DNA from: an uncultured Gemmatimonadaceae bacterium
GTDB lineage: Bacteria; Gemmatimonadota; Gemmatimonadetes; Gemmatimonadales; Gemmatimonadaceae
Length of the DNA stretch: 64,000 nucleotides
Direction of reading: 5' to 3'
Assembly: GCA_963817955.1 (NCBI GenBank)
Contig: CAWFQK010000004.1
Coordinates: 1,344,001 to 1,408,000 of the forward strand
The notes under the pieces are model-generated. The model searched no databases and was not told where the DNA came from. It saw only the letters and a list, made by a program, of their open reading frames with translations. Positions within the stretch are counted from its first letter, which is position 1, and each line of letters begins with the position of its first letter. The position numbers and the translations under genes are program-made. Of this stretch, positions 30,798-40,265 are shown piece after piece.

Positions 30798-31362
30798 CGA
30801 CTGTTGGAATACGAGTGAATCGCCAGCAATCGGTTACGCGGCTGCGACGATCGTGATCTGAGCGACGCCTGTCATCCTGAGCGACGGCCTGTCATCCTGA
30901 GCGAAAGCGAAGGATCTCTGTGACCGATAGACCAGCTTTTTAACGCAGCGGACGCAGAGAACTGCAGGAGGTCGCAGAGAACTGCAAGAGAACTGCAGAG
31001 AACCGTGAAGGATTGTCTCGCCTGGAAGGCTTGGATGATGCCGTCGTGAGGCTCCGATGGTATCGCTCAGGTCGGGATCATCAACGATATGGGCGGAATG
31101 ATTGTGGACTCGGCAAGCACGGTTCATTCCACCGATACGCGCTTCCCTCTTCCGTACGCTTCCAGTTCTCTCTTACAGTTCTCTGCAGCATTCTTTTGCA
31201 GTTCTCTTTTGCAGTTTTCTGTTGCAGTTCTCTGCAGTTCTCTGCAGTTCTCTTGCAGTTCTCTGCGTCCTCTGCGTTCAAAAGCTGTTGCGCCGTTTGC
31301 GTTTAAAGGCCGTCCGGCCCTCGAAGTGATCGGACTCCTGTTCAGCTATTTCAACAGTCTGT
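30796..31362. mobile_element. Composite MITE-like element, copy 3, at the attI/first-cassette junction
   Basis: Ends GCCGACTGTTGGAATA/TATTTCAACAGTCTGT; 2 TGTCATCCTGAGCG units; right end runs into GTTAGGC at 31361. Confidence 0.8.
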
Positions 31363-31388
31363 TAGGCGCACCATCGAGCACCTCTATC

Positions 31389-31709
31389 GTGAAACTCTCC
31401 CACATCGCCAGCGGTTTCAGTCTTAGTGCGCGCATCCTTCAAGGAGCCGGGATTTGCCTCGTCTGGACGGCATTCAATCTCGTCACACGCGGCGGCCGCG
31501 ACTTTTTTTCGGGCGGGATTTTTACGGCAACACTCATGCTTCTTGGTATGACGTTCAGCCTGGGCGGCGTCGCGGGAGCGACCTATTACTACACGGAGGG
31601 TTGGCGCCTCCGCGGTGGAGGGTGGCGAACGCTGGCAAACGTTACCTCCCTTTTGGTTCCGGCCCTGCTGTTCTTTGTCGTACTTGGCGTGATGAGTACT
31701 CACGAATAG
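31389..31709 (+). CDS. Cassette 1: small membrane protein
   Basis: 3 hydrophobic segments between GTTAGGC (31361) and GCCTAAC (31725). Confidence 0.6.
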   Translation: MKLSHIASGFSLSARILQGAGICLVWTAFNLVTRGGRDFFSGGIFTATLMLLGMTFSLGGVAGATYYYTEGWRLRGGGWRTLANVTSLLVPALLFFVVLGVMSTHE

Positions 31710-31724
31710 ATCTGTATCCGGGGA

Positions 31725-31819
31725 GCCTAACACACGCTGAACCTGACAGCCGATTTGTTGTGTGCTCGCTGCGCTCGCCCTTATTTGACTCGGCTGCAGG
31801 TTAGCTGACCGCGTTAGGC
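31725..31819 (+). other. attC site
   Basis: GCCTAAC...CTGAACCTG...CAGGTTAG...GTTAGGC imperfect palindrome. Confidence 0.9.
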
Positions 31820-32001
31820 CGCGCCAAGCATCGTGATTAGCAATTGCTAGTCGCCCGCGAGCATCTTTAATTTCGGGCACCTCAGTCCGCGAAGCTCCGG
31901 ACCAGGTTTCGGGCACCCTTTCATTGATTGGACCTAGACCGGCGCCGCCTCCCAAAGGACATCGACCGGAACATTTGGATTCCATGCGAGCTCTGCCGTT
32001 C

Positions 32002-32054
32002 TTGCTAATATCGGAACCGGTCGCCATACTTAGCGGTATAACGCATGCGTTATA
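32002..32054 (+). promoter_or_regulatory. Cassette-internal promoter and operator of the TAC operon
   Basis: TTGCTA-17bp-CATACT; perfect 18-bp palindrome TATAACGCATGCGTTATA over the start codon. Confidence 0.6.
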
Positions 32055-32491
32055 ATCGCGAGGCCGCCGCCGACGACTGGCAATTATTTGAGATTGTCCT
32101 CCGCAACGGTGCTGAGAGGCCGTGCAGCGACGCTTACGCTACCGCGAACGACGAGGAATTGGCGGACGTCTTCGACGCTTTGAGAAAGCTTCGCGCCTCC
32201 GGTTTCCCCCCGGACCGAAACCGAGGCAATCCGGAGCTTGAGACCGTTAAGTACAAGTGCCATGGAGCGCATAAGAGCACAGCGTTTATTGTCCTCAAGG
32301 CGAAGCCGAGCGGCTGGCGTCTTTACTTCTACATCAAAGAGCGTGAACACAAGCAAGCCGAGTTCCTCCACGCGGTCCACAAGAAAAAGTGGAAGCGCGA
32401 CGATGACGACTTCAACCGCTGTTGCGCCTTACTCGCCGCCGCTCAAGGAAGGAATGGAGGTTGCGCCCCACTCTTCATCCCTGATCGCTAA
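32045..32491 (+). CDS. RelE/HigB (Gp49-like) toxin, putative
   Basis: LKAK..GWRLYFY......FLHAVHKK pattern; precedes the HTH gene. Confidence 0.6.
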   Translation: MRYNREAAADDWQLFEIVLRNGAERPCSDAYATANDEELADVFDALRKLRASGFPPDRNRGNPELETVKYKCHGAHKSTAFIVLKAKPSGWRLYFYIKEREHKQAEFLHAVHKKKWKRDDDDFNRCCALLAAAQGRNGGCAPLFIPDR

Positions 32492-32969
32492 GCGGCTGGG
32501 TTCAGGAGCGAGAGGCTTCTGGCTTACATGGCTTCGTCGACCGGCGTCTGACGTCGCCGAGGCTGTTATGCGCCTGCGTCGGCTGCGCGGCCTGAGTCAG
32601 AACAGTCTGGCGAAGCGAATGGGGACGCAGCAACCAGCGATTGCCAGAATTGAAGCTGGAGACGGGAACCTTCGTCTGACAACACTCGTTGCGCTGGCAA
32701 AAGCACTGGACGCTACAGTACGCATCGACATCGAACCGACCGAACACCTAGAACAACAACAGCGGGCGGCACGGTGGTGGGAAACAACAAAAGCGCTCGA
32801 CGTTTCTCACGTCACAAACTTCTTCGTGCACGCAACAATTAATCTGACTTTTCAGCCGCCTCCGGCGGCACAGCTCGGAGTCGCAAGAATTCTTTCTGAG
32901 GAACACGTGCCGATCGCCGACTTTGATATCGAACGTGCAGCCGAAGCGTGCCTACTGGCGAAGGGCTAG
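32454..32969 (+). CDS. XRE-HTH (HigA-like) antitoxin with C-terminal extension
   Basis: LRRLRGLSQNSLAKRMGTQQPAIARIEAG; about 70-aa tail; RBS AAGGAAGGA. Confidence 0.8.
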   Translation: MEVAPHSSSLIAKRLGSGARGFWLTWLRRPASDVAEAVMRLRRLRGLSQNSLAKRMGTQQPAIARIEAGDGNLRLTTLVALAKALDATVRIDIEPTEHLEQQQRAARWWETTKALDVSHVTNFFVHATINLTFQPPPAAQLGVARILSEEHVPIADFDIERAAEACLLAKG

Positions 32970-32978
32970 GATAGAAAG

Positions 32979-33482
32979 GTGTCGAAGAAGACCAAAGACA
33001 AACCGCAGGCGACGGCCGCGACTGACTTGAGCAAACTGCCGGTGCGCCTCGACCGGATCGCGCTGCGTGCCGCAACTTACGAAGAGAAGGAGATTAGCTC
33101 GCCGCCACTTCCGGTCGCGCTTGGGCAGTCGGTGGCAATGGCTGTTGATGTGCAGGGAGGAGTTGGCACTCGAGGCGAATTTCTTGAATTACAGCTGCGA
33201 TTAACCATCGAGCCCGATTCGAGATACATCCCTGTGAAAGTGGCTGTGACATACAGTGCGTTCTTCGTAAGGCCGCCCACGATGGCAGACGACACTGCCG
33301 TCGACTTTCTGCACGGCGCCGGAGTGAGAATACTCTTTCCATACATACGCGAGACCGTCAGCAACTTGACGAGCCGCGGAGTCTTCGGGCCAGTCTGGCT
33401 TGACCCCATGGACATTCAAATCATCCAGGCGAAGAAGCAGAAGGCAAGCAGCGATCCCGACCCGCGGCCTAACGAACGCTGA
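32979..33482 (+). CDS. SecB-like chaperone
   Basis: V.VTYSAFF...G..ILFPYIRETVSNLTSRG.F.PV.L.P SecB signature. Confidence 0.85.
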   Translation: MSKKTKDKPQATAATDLSKLPVRLDRIALRAATYEEKEISSPPLPVALGQSVAMAVDVQGGVGTRGEFLELQLRLTIEPDSRYIPVKVAVTYSAFFVRPPTMADDTAVDFLHGAGVRILFPYIRETVSNLTSRGVFGPVWLDPMDIQIIQAKKQKASSDPDPRPNER

Positions 33483-33559
33483 AGCTGACAAGCGATCTAT
33501 TGATTGCTCGCTGCGCTCGCTCTATCTGACTCGCTTGCAGCTTCGCTGGGGCGTTATAC
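33467..33559 (+). other. attC site
   Basis: GCCTAAC...CTGAAGCTG...CAGCTTCG...GTTATAC. Confidence 0.9.
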
Positions 33560-33589
33560 GGCAACCTGACCACATGTTACATTAAGAGC

Positions 33590-33811
33590 ATGACTCTTCA
33601 ATTCACGGCGGTGTTCCGCCAAGTCCCCGAAGGGTATATCGGCTTCGTCGAAGAGCTTCCCGGCGCCAACACGCAGGGTGCGACTCTCGAAGAAGCGCGC
33701 TCGAATCTGCCTGAGGCCGTCGCCCTCGTCCTGGAAGCCAACCGTGCACTCGCCGAGGAAGATCTTCGCGGCGCGGACGTTATTCGCGAGCCGCTGCGCC
33801 TGACCGCGTAA
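33590..33811 (+). CDS. hicB: HicB family antitoxin
   Basis: GYIGFVEELPGANTQGATLEEARSNL.EA. Confidence 0.88.
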   Translation: MTLQFTAVFRQVPEGYIGFVEELPGANTQGATLEEARSNLPEAVALVLEANRALAEEDLRGADVIREPLRLTA

Positions 33812-33817
33812 CGTCGT

Positions 33818-34003
33818 GTGAAGCGGATCGATCTCATTAGGCACCTCGAGGCCCATGGCTGCTCTCTTCTTCGTGAAGGCGGCAGCCATTCAGTTTTCGT
33901 GCATCGCGCGAAGCGAAAGAGTTCCGCCGTGCCTCGGCACCGTGAGATCAACGAATACTTAGCTCGACAGATCTGCCGCGATCTCGAAATTCCAGAGCCT
34001 TGA
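33818..34003 (+). CDS. hicA: HicA family toxin
   Basis: LREGGSHSVF...VPRHREI. Confidence 0.88.
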   Translation: MKRIDLIRHLEAHGCSLLREGGSHSVFVHRAKRKSSAVPRHREINEYLARQICRDLEIPEP

Positions 34004-34017
34004 TCCCTCGACCTGCC

Positions 34018-34049
34018 GTATAACGAACGCTGAAGCTGCGGCGTTAAGC
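34018..34049 (+). other. Collapsed 32-bp attC
   Basis: GTATAAC-GAACGCTGAAGCTGCGGC-GTTAAGC; central stem missing. Confidence 0.75.
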
Positions 34050-34076
34050 AGCAACAGAAATGGTTTAAGATCAGGC

Positions 34077-34334
34077 ATGCCTGTCATCTCTCGGTTCCTC
34101 GGCATCGCGATCGCCATCCTCTTCCGCGATCACGATCCGCCGCACTTTCACGCCACCTACGGCGAGTTCGAGATTACCGTCACCATCCGAGACGGGCAGG
34201 TGCGTGGTGAATTCCCGAAACGCGCCCGCGCGCTTGTGCTCGAATGGCTTGAGCTCCACCGCGACGAACTGCTGGCGGACTGGGACCGCGCCCGCGCCGG
34301 CCAGCCGCTCGCGCCGATTCCTCCGTTAGAGTAG
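34077..34334 (+). CDS. DUF4160 protein (putative TA component)
   Basis: MPVISRFLGI.I...F.DH.PPHFHA.YG. Confidence 0.85.
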   Translation: MPVISRFLGIAIAILFRDHDPPHFHATYGEFEITVTIRDGQVRGEFPKRARALVLEWLELHRDELLADWDRARAGQPLAPIPPLE

Positions 34335-34357
34335 TTTCCCCTCGAGGAGCGCAAGAC

Positions 34358-34609
34358 ATGCTGAACGTCCGCAAAGTCGAACATCGGGGCGGCCACCGCC
34401 TCTGGGTCCAGTTGAGCGACGGTACCGAAGGCGAAGTGGATCTCCAGGCCTACCTTGACGGAGCCGTCTTCGAGCCGCTACGCGACGTCAGCTTGTTCGC
34501 GCAGGTGCGCATCGATCCGGAGATTCGCACCGTCGCGTGGCCCAACGGCGCCGATCTCGCTCCGGAGTTCTTGCGCGACCTGCTCGGCTCCGGCGTCGCT
34601 GCTGTTTAA
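34358..34609 (+). CDS. DUF2442 protein (putative TA component)
   Basis: L.V..SDG..G.VDL...F.PLRD..LF...TVAWPNGADLAPEFL. Confidence 0.85.
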   Translation: MLNVRKVEHRGGHRLWVQLSDGTEGEVDLQAYLDGAVFEPLRDVSLFAQVRIDPEIRTVAWPNGADLAPEFLRDLLGSGVAAV

Positions 34610-34626
34610 CGAACGCTGAACTTGCC
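34604..34626 (+). other. attC left half (remainder lost)
   Basis: GTTTAAC-GAACGCTGAACTTG followed by unrelated sequence. Confidence 0.6.
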
Positions 34627-34662
34627 ACGCTGCGGATGGGCGGCTCACGACCATCACGACCA

Positions 34663-35092
34663 TCATGGACATCTAAGCATGCGCTCCGTATCCGTCGCTG
34701 CTGTCGCGCTGGCGCTCCTCGGTTCGGCGGCGTGGAGACCTTCGCGCCGGAGCAGCGCGCCCAGCTCATTCTCGCTCAAGCCGCGCGCTTCGGTCACCAC
34801 GCGGAGCTTCTCCGCGCCCGTCCACCGCTTCTTCTTCTTCTTCGAGGAACCCATGCCCTCGACGTTACGCGCTTCCCGCAGCCATCGCGAGAGAGAGGCT
34901 GACCGACACCGACCTCGTGCGCGAGGGCGTTGGCACTCATCGCCGACGGCCCGATCAAGCGACGCAGCATTCGGTCCTTGAACGCCGGACTGTATTGCGG
35001 CATGACACTACCCACCTTTGACCCCCGAGGATGCTCTACGTTTGACCGCTTAAGCTACTGCGGTCGTACGACAACTATCCTGACACCGGGGG
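34663..35092 (-). pseudogene. IS3-like transposase orfA remnant with one IS end
   Basis: MPQYSPAFKDRMLRRL.GP...SA.ALA.EVGV, then frameshifted W...EKLRVV.EA..L...ELGALLRREGLH; end CCCCCCGGTGTCAGGATAG. Confidence 0.65.
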
Positions 35093-36248
35093 GTCCGGGA
35101 TCGCGGACGTTAGGTCGCTTGCACCGTCAGTTGCCTTGGATCGTAGCGTTCTCCTCGTTTCCACAGTCGTAACGTGATCGCCGCGAGCTTCCGCGCGAGC
35201 GTCACCCGCGCCAGTTCCTCTCGCATGCCGCGGCTGACCAATCCCTGATACCACTCCCGCAACGCGGCCGTGGCGGCACCTTTGAACACATCCTTCACCA
35301 CGCGGGAGCTAATGTCGAAAGGTGTGGAAATAGACGGAAGGCGGTGACACCTTCTCGGGTGAGCCAATCACCCCCGGGAGAATCCCGGCAACGAAAAGGA
35401 GCCACCGCCCATGAAGAAGATGAAGGATGAGCCAGCCACGTCAAGCGCGACGTGGGACACATTGGAATCCTTTGCCCGGATGCATGTCCAAGGATTCATT
35501 CAGCAGCTGTTGGAAGAAGAGGTGACCGAGCTGCTCGGTCGAGCGAAGTCCGCGCGCCGTGGCGCGGTGGATGCGCCGGCCGGGGCGCGCAACGGGCACG
35601 GGAAGCCGCGGACCCTCGCGCTCATGAATGGGACCATCGTGGTGCGCCGGCCACGGGTGCGCGACCTGGATGAGCTGTTCGTGAGCCGCCTGCTGCCGCT
35701 CTTTCAGCGGCGCACCAAGGAACTGAGCACGCTGTTGCCCGAGCTGTATTTGCATGGCCTCGCGCTCGGGGATTTCGAACTCGCGCTCCGCGGCCTGTTG
35801 GGCGACGGGGCGCCGCTGAGTGCGAGCTCGCTTGTGCGCCTCAAGGCGACGTGGCAGGCGGAGTATGCGGTGTGGCAGCGGCGCGACCTGAGCGCCCTCA
35901 AGCTGGTGTATCTCTGGGCGGACGGCGTGTATGTGAAAGCGGGGCTTGAGCATAGCAAGGCGGCGCTCCTGGTGTTGATCGGCGCCGACGCGGAGGGGCG
36001 GAAACACGTCCTCGCGGTGACCAGTGGCGAGCGGGAATCGGTGGTGAGCTGGACCGCCGTGCTCCGCGACCTGAAGGCGCGCGGGCTCTGCGCCCCCAAG
36101 CTCACGACCCCGGCGGCCACCCAAACTCCCCCACCTGTGGCCACCTCAAAATCCCCCACCCGCTGATGGGTAGCGGCGCCTAATCCGAGGCGCCGAAACG
36201 GCAGGACGTACACTCCTCCTCGACTCTTTTTCGGGGAGTAACCACGGA

Positions 36249-37841
36249 GTGAACGTCTTGAAACCGCATCGACGCATCATGGTCGAGACGCTGCTGGCCA
36301 GCGGCGCGACGCACCGAGAGATCGAACGACGCACGGGCGTGGATCGAAAGACGATCCGCCGGTACGCGCGGGGCCCGGCCCCCAATGCGTCAAACTCCCC
36401 CACCCCGGCCACCGGCTTTGACGAGGCGGTTGCGCAAACTCCTCCACCCCGGCCACCGGCTTTGGCGGAGCGAGACGTCGTCGCGCAGGCGACGGTCACG
36501 GCGCCGACGCCCCGATGGACGCCCTCCGCGTGCGAGCCCCATCGCGCGTGGCTCGAGACCCAAGTCCAACTCGGGCGCAACGCCGTGAGTCTCTACCAGG
36601 AGCTCGTGGACGAGCACGGGTTCACGCATCACTACAACTCCGTCAAACGGTTCGTTGCCACGCTGCGACGGCGCGAACCGGAGCGATTCGATGTCTTGGC
36701 GTACCTGCCCGGCGAGGAGGCCCAAGTCGACTACGGCCAAGGGGCGTTGACGCTGTGGAAGCCCGATCACTACAAGCGACCGTACCTGTTCGTGATGACG
36801 CTCAAGTATTCCGGGAAGAGCTTTCGCAAGGTCGTCTGGAAGACGAATCAAGAGATATGGGCGCGGTTACACGAGGAGGCCTTCCGCACGTTTGGCGGCT
36901 GCCCAGCGTACGTGGTATTAGACAACTTAAAAGAGGGCGTACTCCGACCCGACCTCTACGAGCCCGAGCTGAACCCGGTGTACGCGGCGATGCTCGCCCA
37001 CTATGGCGTCGTGGCGGATCCGTGCCGCGTGCGGGATCCCAATCGCAAAGGGACCGTCGAAAGCGCGATCCAGCACACCCAAGGCACGGCCCTCAAAGGG
37101 AAACGGTTCGCGGCGATCGACGCGCAGAACGTGTATCTCGCGACGTGGGAAGAGCGCTGGGCCGCGACGCGCATCCACGGCCGCAAGAAGCGGCAAGTGC
37201 TCGAGATGTATCGCGAGGAGCAGCCGCACCTTCGCGCGCTCCCGGCCATGCCCATGCAGTACTTCACGCAAGGCACCCGCACTGTCGACGATAGTGGGCT
37301 CGTGCAAGTCAGCGCGTCGTACTACTCGGCGTTACCGGCCGCGCCGACGAGCACGGTCACCGTCCGCCTCTACGCGCGCGAGATCGAGATCCTCGATGCC
37401 GCCGGCCAACTGCTCCGCCGACACGAGATCGCCCCGCGCAAGGGGACCTTCACGATGGACGAGACGGATCGGCTCTTCAATCCCTCGCGCGAGACGGCTC
37501 GCTTGCTGAACAAAGCCGCGCGGATCGGTCCCCACACCGCCGCCTTCGCGCAGCATCTCTTTGCCCATCTCGGCCGGCCGGGCCAACGCGCGCTGTACGG
37601 CCTGACCAATCTCGTCCGCACCTACTCGTGCGCCAACATCGACGCCGTCTGTGCGCGCCTGGTTGCGGCCGAGTGTGTCACCTATGCCGCCGTGAAGCGC
37701 GCCCTGGAACGCACGTGCGCCCCGGACGCGTCGCCCACCCGGCCCATGCTGACGCAGACCGGCCCGGCGATCCGCGCCATCGCTGAGTACCAGGACTTCT
37801 GGGATACGCATTCACACACTCTCCTGCCGGAGCCCCGCTGA
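36249..37841 (+). CDS. istA: IS21 transposase IstA
   Basis: PGEEAQVDYG, VVLDNLK, P.RKGTVE DDE motifs. Confidence 0.93.
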   Translation: MNVLKPHRRIMVETLLASGATHREIERRTGVDRKTIRRYARGPAPNASNSPTPATGFDEAVAQTPPPRPPALAERDVVAQATVTAPTPRWTPSACEPHRAWLETQVQLGRNAVSLYQELVDEHGFTHHYNSVKRFVATLRRREPERFDVLAYLPGEEAQVDYGQGALTLWKPDHYKRPYLFVMTLKYSGKSFRKVVWKTNQEIWARLHEEAFRTFGGCPAYVVLDNLKEGVLRPDLYEPELNPVYAAMLAHYGVVADPCRVRDPNRKGTVESAIQHTQGTALKGKRFAAIDAQNVYLATWEERWAATRIHGRKKRQVLEMYREEQPHLRALPAMPMQYFTQGTRTVDDSGLVQVSASYYSALPAAPTSTVTVRLYAREIEILDAAGQLLRRHEIAPRKGTFTMDETDRLFNPSRETARLLNKAARIGPHTAAFAQHLFAHLGRPGQRALYGLTNLVRTYSCANIDAVCARLVAAECVTYAAVKRALERTCAPDASPTRPMLTQTGPAIRAIAEYQDFWDTHSHTLLPEPR

Positions 37842-38608
37842 TGCCGATGTCCATCCCCGAGCTTGAACGCGCCCTCACCAATCTCCGCCTCTCCGGCATG
37901 ACGGCCACGCTGGAAGCCCGCGCGCTGCAAGTGGCCAGTCACGAGATGGGCTTTCTTGAGGCCTTCTCCTGGCTCGTGCAAGATGAACTCGACCGTCGTC
38001 GCTCCCGGCTGCTCGATCGGCGCCACACCCTCTCGGGACTCCCCGACCGCAAGGACCTCACGAGCTTCGACTGGACCTACAATCCGCGCCTCCCGAAACG
38101 CGACGTCCTCGACCTCGCGACGCTCAAGTTTCTTGACGCCAAGGAAGACGTGCTCGTCCTCGGTCCGCCCGGCACCGGCAAAAGTCACGTCGCCAAAGCG
38201 CTTGCCACCACCGCCGTTAGTCGAGGCTACAAGGTGCTCTATCGCGAAGCGCATCAGCTCATCGAAGACATCACCGAGGCGCGCGAGCTGGGAGAGATTC
38301 GGAAACTGCGTGCCCAGATCGCCGCCGCAGACCTACTCCTGGTCGACGATCTCTTTCTGCGCAAGCTCCCGACGACGGCCGGTGACGAACTCGCCGACGT
38401 CCTCATGGCTCGCCACGAAAAAGCGTCCACGATGATCACGTCCAACCGACCACTCGAGGACTGGACGCGACTCCTCGGGGATGTCGTCGTCGTCACCCCG
38501 CTCCTCGACCGCCTGATGCACCATGGCCATTTGCTCAAGTTTGATGGCAAGAGCTGGCGGCTGAAAGAGGCTGCCGCTCGGGCAGCCAAACAGAAGGCAG
38601 CGAACTAA
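37841..38608 (+). CDS. istB: IS21 helper ATPase IstB
   Basis: GPPGTGKSH, LLLVDD, ITSN, LLDRL.HH, G.SWR. Confidence 0.93.
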   Translation: MPMSIPELERALTNLRLSGMTATLEARALQVASHEMGFLEAFSWLVQDELDRRRSRLLDRRHTLSGLPDRKDLTSFDWTYNPRLPKRDVLDLATLKFLDAKEDVLVLGPPGTGKSHVAKALATTAVSRGYKVLYREAHQLIEDITEARELGEIRKLRAQIAAADLLLVDDLFLRKLPTTAGDELADVLMARHEKASTMITSNRPLEDWTRLLGDVVVVTPLLDRLMHHGHLLKFDGKSWRLKEAAARAAKQKAAN

Positions 38609-40265
38609 CTTCCCCTCGTCCTGCCGGCCATCAAGTGGAGGAGTTTGACCCGGCCACAGGTGGGGGAGTTTGAGGTGGCCACCGGGGCTCACGATCGCCG
38701 ATGGGCATCTCGGCCTCTGGGGCGCTCTCGCGGCAATCTATCCGACGAGTGCCGAGCAGCGGTGTTGGAATCACAAGCTGCGGAACGTGCTCGACCTGGT
38801 GCCGACGAAACGCCAAGCCGAAGTCACCGTGCAGCTCCAGCAGATCGCCGCGGCGGAGACACAGCGGGCGGCGGAGCGGCTGCGCGACGCGTTTGCCCGC
38901 ACGTACCGTCGCGTGGTGCCCAAAGCCGTCGAGTGCCTCGAGCGGGATTGGGACCGCCTGGTCGCGTACTACGCCTTTCCGCAGGAGCACTGGAAGCATC
39001 TGCGCACGACGAACGTGATCGAGTCTCCGTTTGCCGCGGTGCGGCTCCGCACGACCGCGGCGAAGCGCTTCAAGAAAGTGGAGAACGCCACGACGTTGAT
39101 CTGGAAGACCTTACTCGTCGTCGAACAACATTTCCGCAAACTGAACGCCCCGCACCGCTGCACCGACGTGTACGATGGCGCCGTATTTCACGACGGAATC
39201 TGCACCGTGACCCCGACCCGGGAACGGATCGCCGCCTGACGCCTATTTACACACCAATTGACAAGAGCTCTCACCCGGTTGTGATTGCGATTGAGGCCAC
39301 GCGTCTGCACATACCGCCGCCGGCGGCGCACCGGCCGCTGACCGTCGAGCTCGTACTCGGCACTGGTCCGGGTGACGACCGCGAGGCCCGCGTAGGCCCA
39401 GAGGTGGCGCTTCGTGCGGAAGCGCCAGGGCGTCTGCAGCGTCGCGAGGAGGAGCGCGACCCGCACCGGTCCGAGATACGGAATGCTGCGCAGCCCGGCC
39501 CACGCCGGATCTCGTTTCGCTTCCGCGAGCATCGCCGCCTTCGCCTTGGGGCGTAGCTGCTGCAGGACCGCGAGTTCGTCGTACAATGTCGCGGCCCGGA
39601 ACCGCACGCCCCGCTCCGCCAACTGCTGCAGCCACGTCCGGCGCCGAGCTGTTTGATAGACGGCGGTGCCGGGCGTCTTGATGCCGCGCGCCCGAAACAA
39701 CGCCTTGAGCCGTTGCATCACGCGCGTCGAGTCCTCGACGAGATTGGCATAGGTCCGCGCCAGCTCTTTGAGCGTGGCCCGATCGGCACTGCCATGATAG
39801 ACAGCCCGGAGCCGCCCAGAGCGCAGCAATTCCGACAACTCGTCGGCATCCGGCTGATCGCCCTTGTTGCCTTGCGGGGCTTGTCCGCGCCGGTTGCACA
39901 CGAGGACCCGGTCCACCACGGGCACGAGCAGATCGTGCAGCCACTGCGCCTGCGTGCCTTCCTCAAACGCGACGTGGACGGAGCCACGCATGCCGCGGAA
40001 CCAGTCCACGATCGGCGCGGCCTCCGTTGGCAAAATGGTCCGCGCGATCACGCGTCCCGTCTCCTCTCGCACCGTCGTCCCCGTAGTTGCCTGGTGCACA
40101 TCGAGCCCGACATACTTCAGCGTCCGTTTCATGAGAGCGCCTCCTGGCTGGGAGCTGTGGTTGCTCAACAACTCCACATGACCCGTCAGGGGCGCGCGCT
40201 CAATATCCGTTAGCTCGCCACCTAGTAACGCTTTACGTTATGGGCGGCCAGCGTTATTATTGCAG

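Larger units (their letters stand above)
36108..38687 (+). mobile_element. IS21-family element, intact
   Basis: IRs CCCCGGCGGCCACCCAAACTCCCCCACC / GGTGGGGGAGTTTGAGGTGGCCACCGGGG with internal repeats; perfect 7-bp DR CTCACGA. Confidence 0.93.
35411..39239 (+). pseudogene. IS256 transposase split in two (35411-36107 and 38688-39239)
   Basis: RNG, YLWADGVY, DLKARGL..PKL | IADG..G, QRCWNHK, HLRTTNVIES.F. Confidence 0.88.
35306..39270 (+). mobile_element. IS256-family element (interrupted by IS21)
   Basis: IRs GAGCTAATGTCGAAAGGTGTGGAAATAG / CTATTTACACACCAATTGACAAGAGCTC; degenerate 8-bp DR CCACGCGG/TCACCCGG. Confidence 0.85.
35093..40208 (-). mobile_element. IS110-family element A, copy 1 (interrupted; 3' non-coding region deleted)
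   Basis: Near-identical to 53460-54620. Transposase split into 39271-40132 and 35110-35305. 5' end CAATATCC abuts the cassette core GTTAGCT. Confidence 0.9.
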
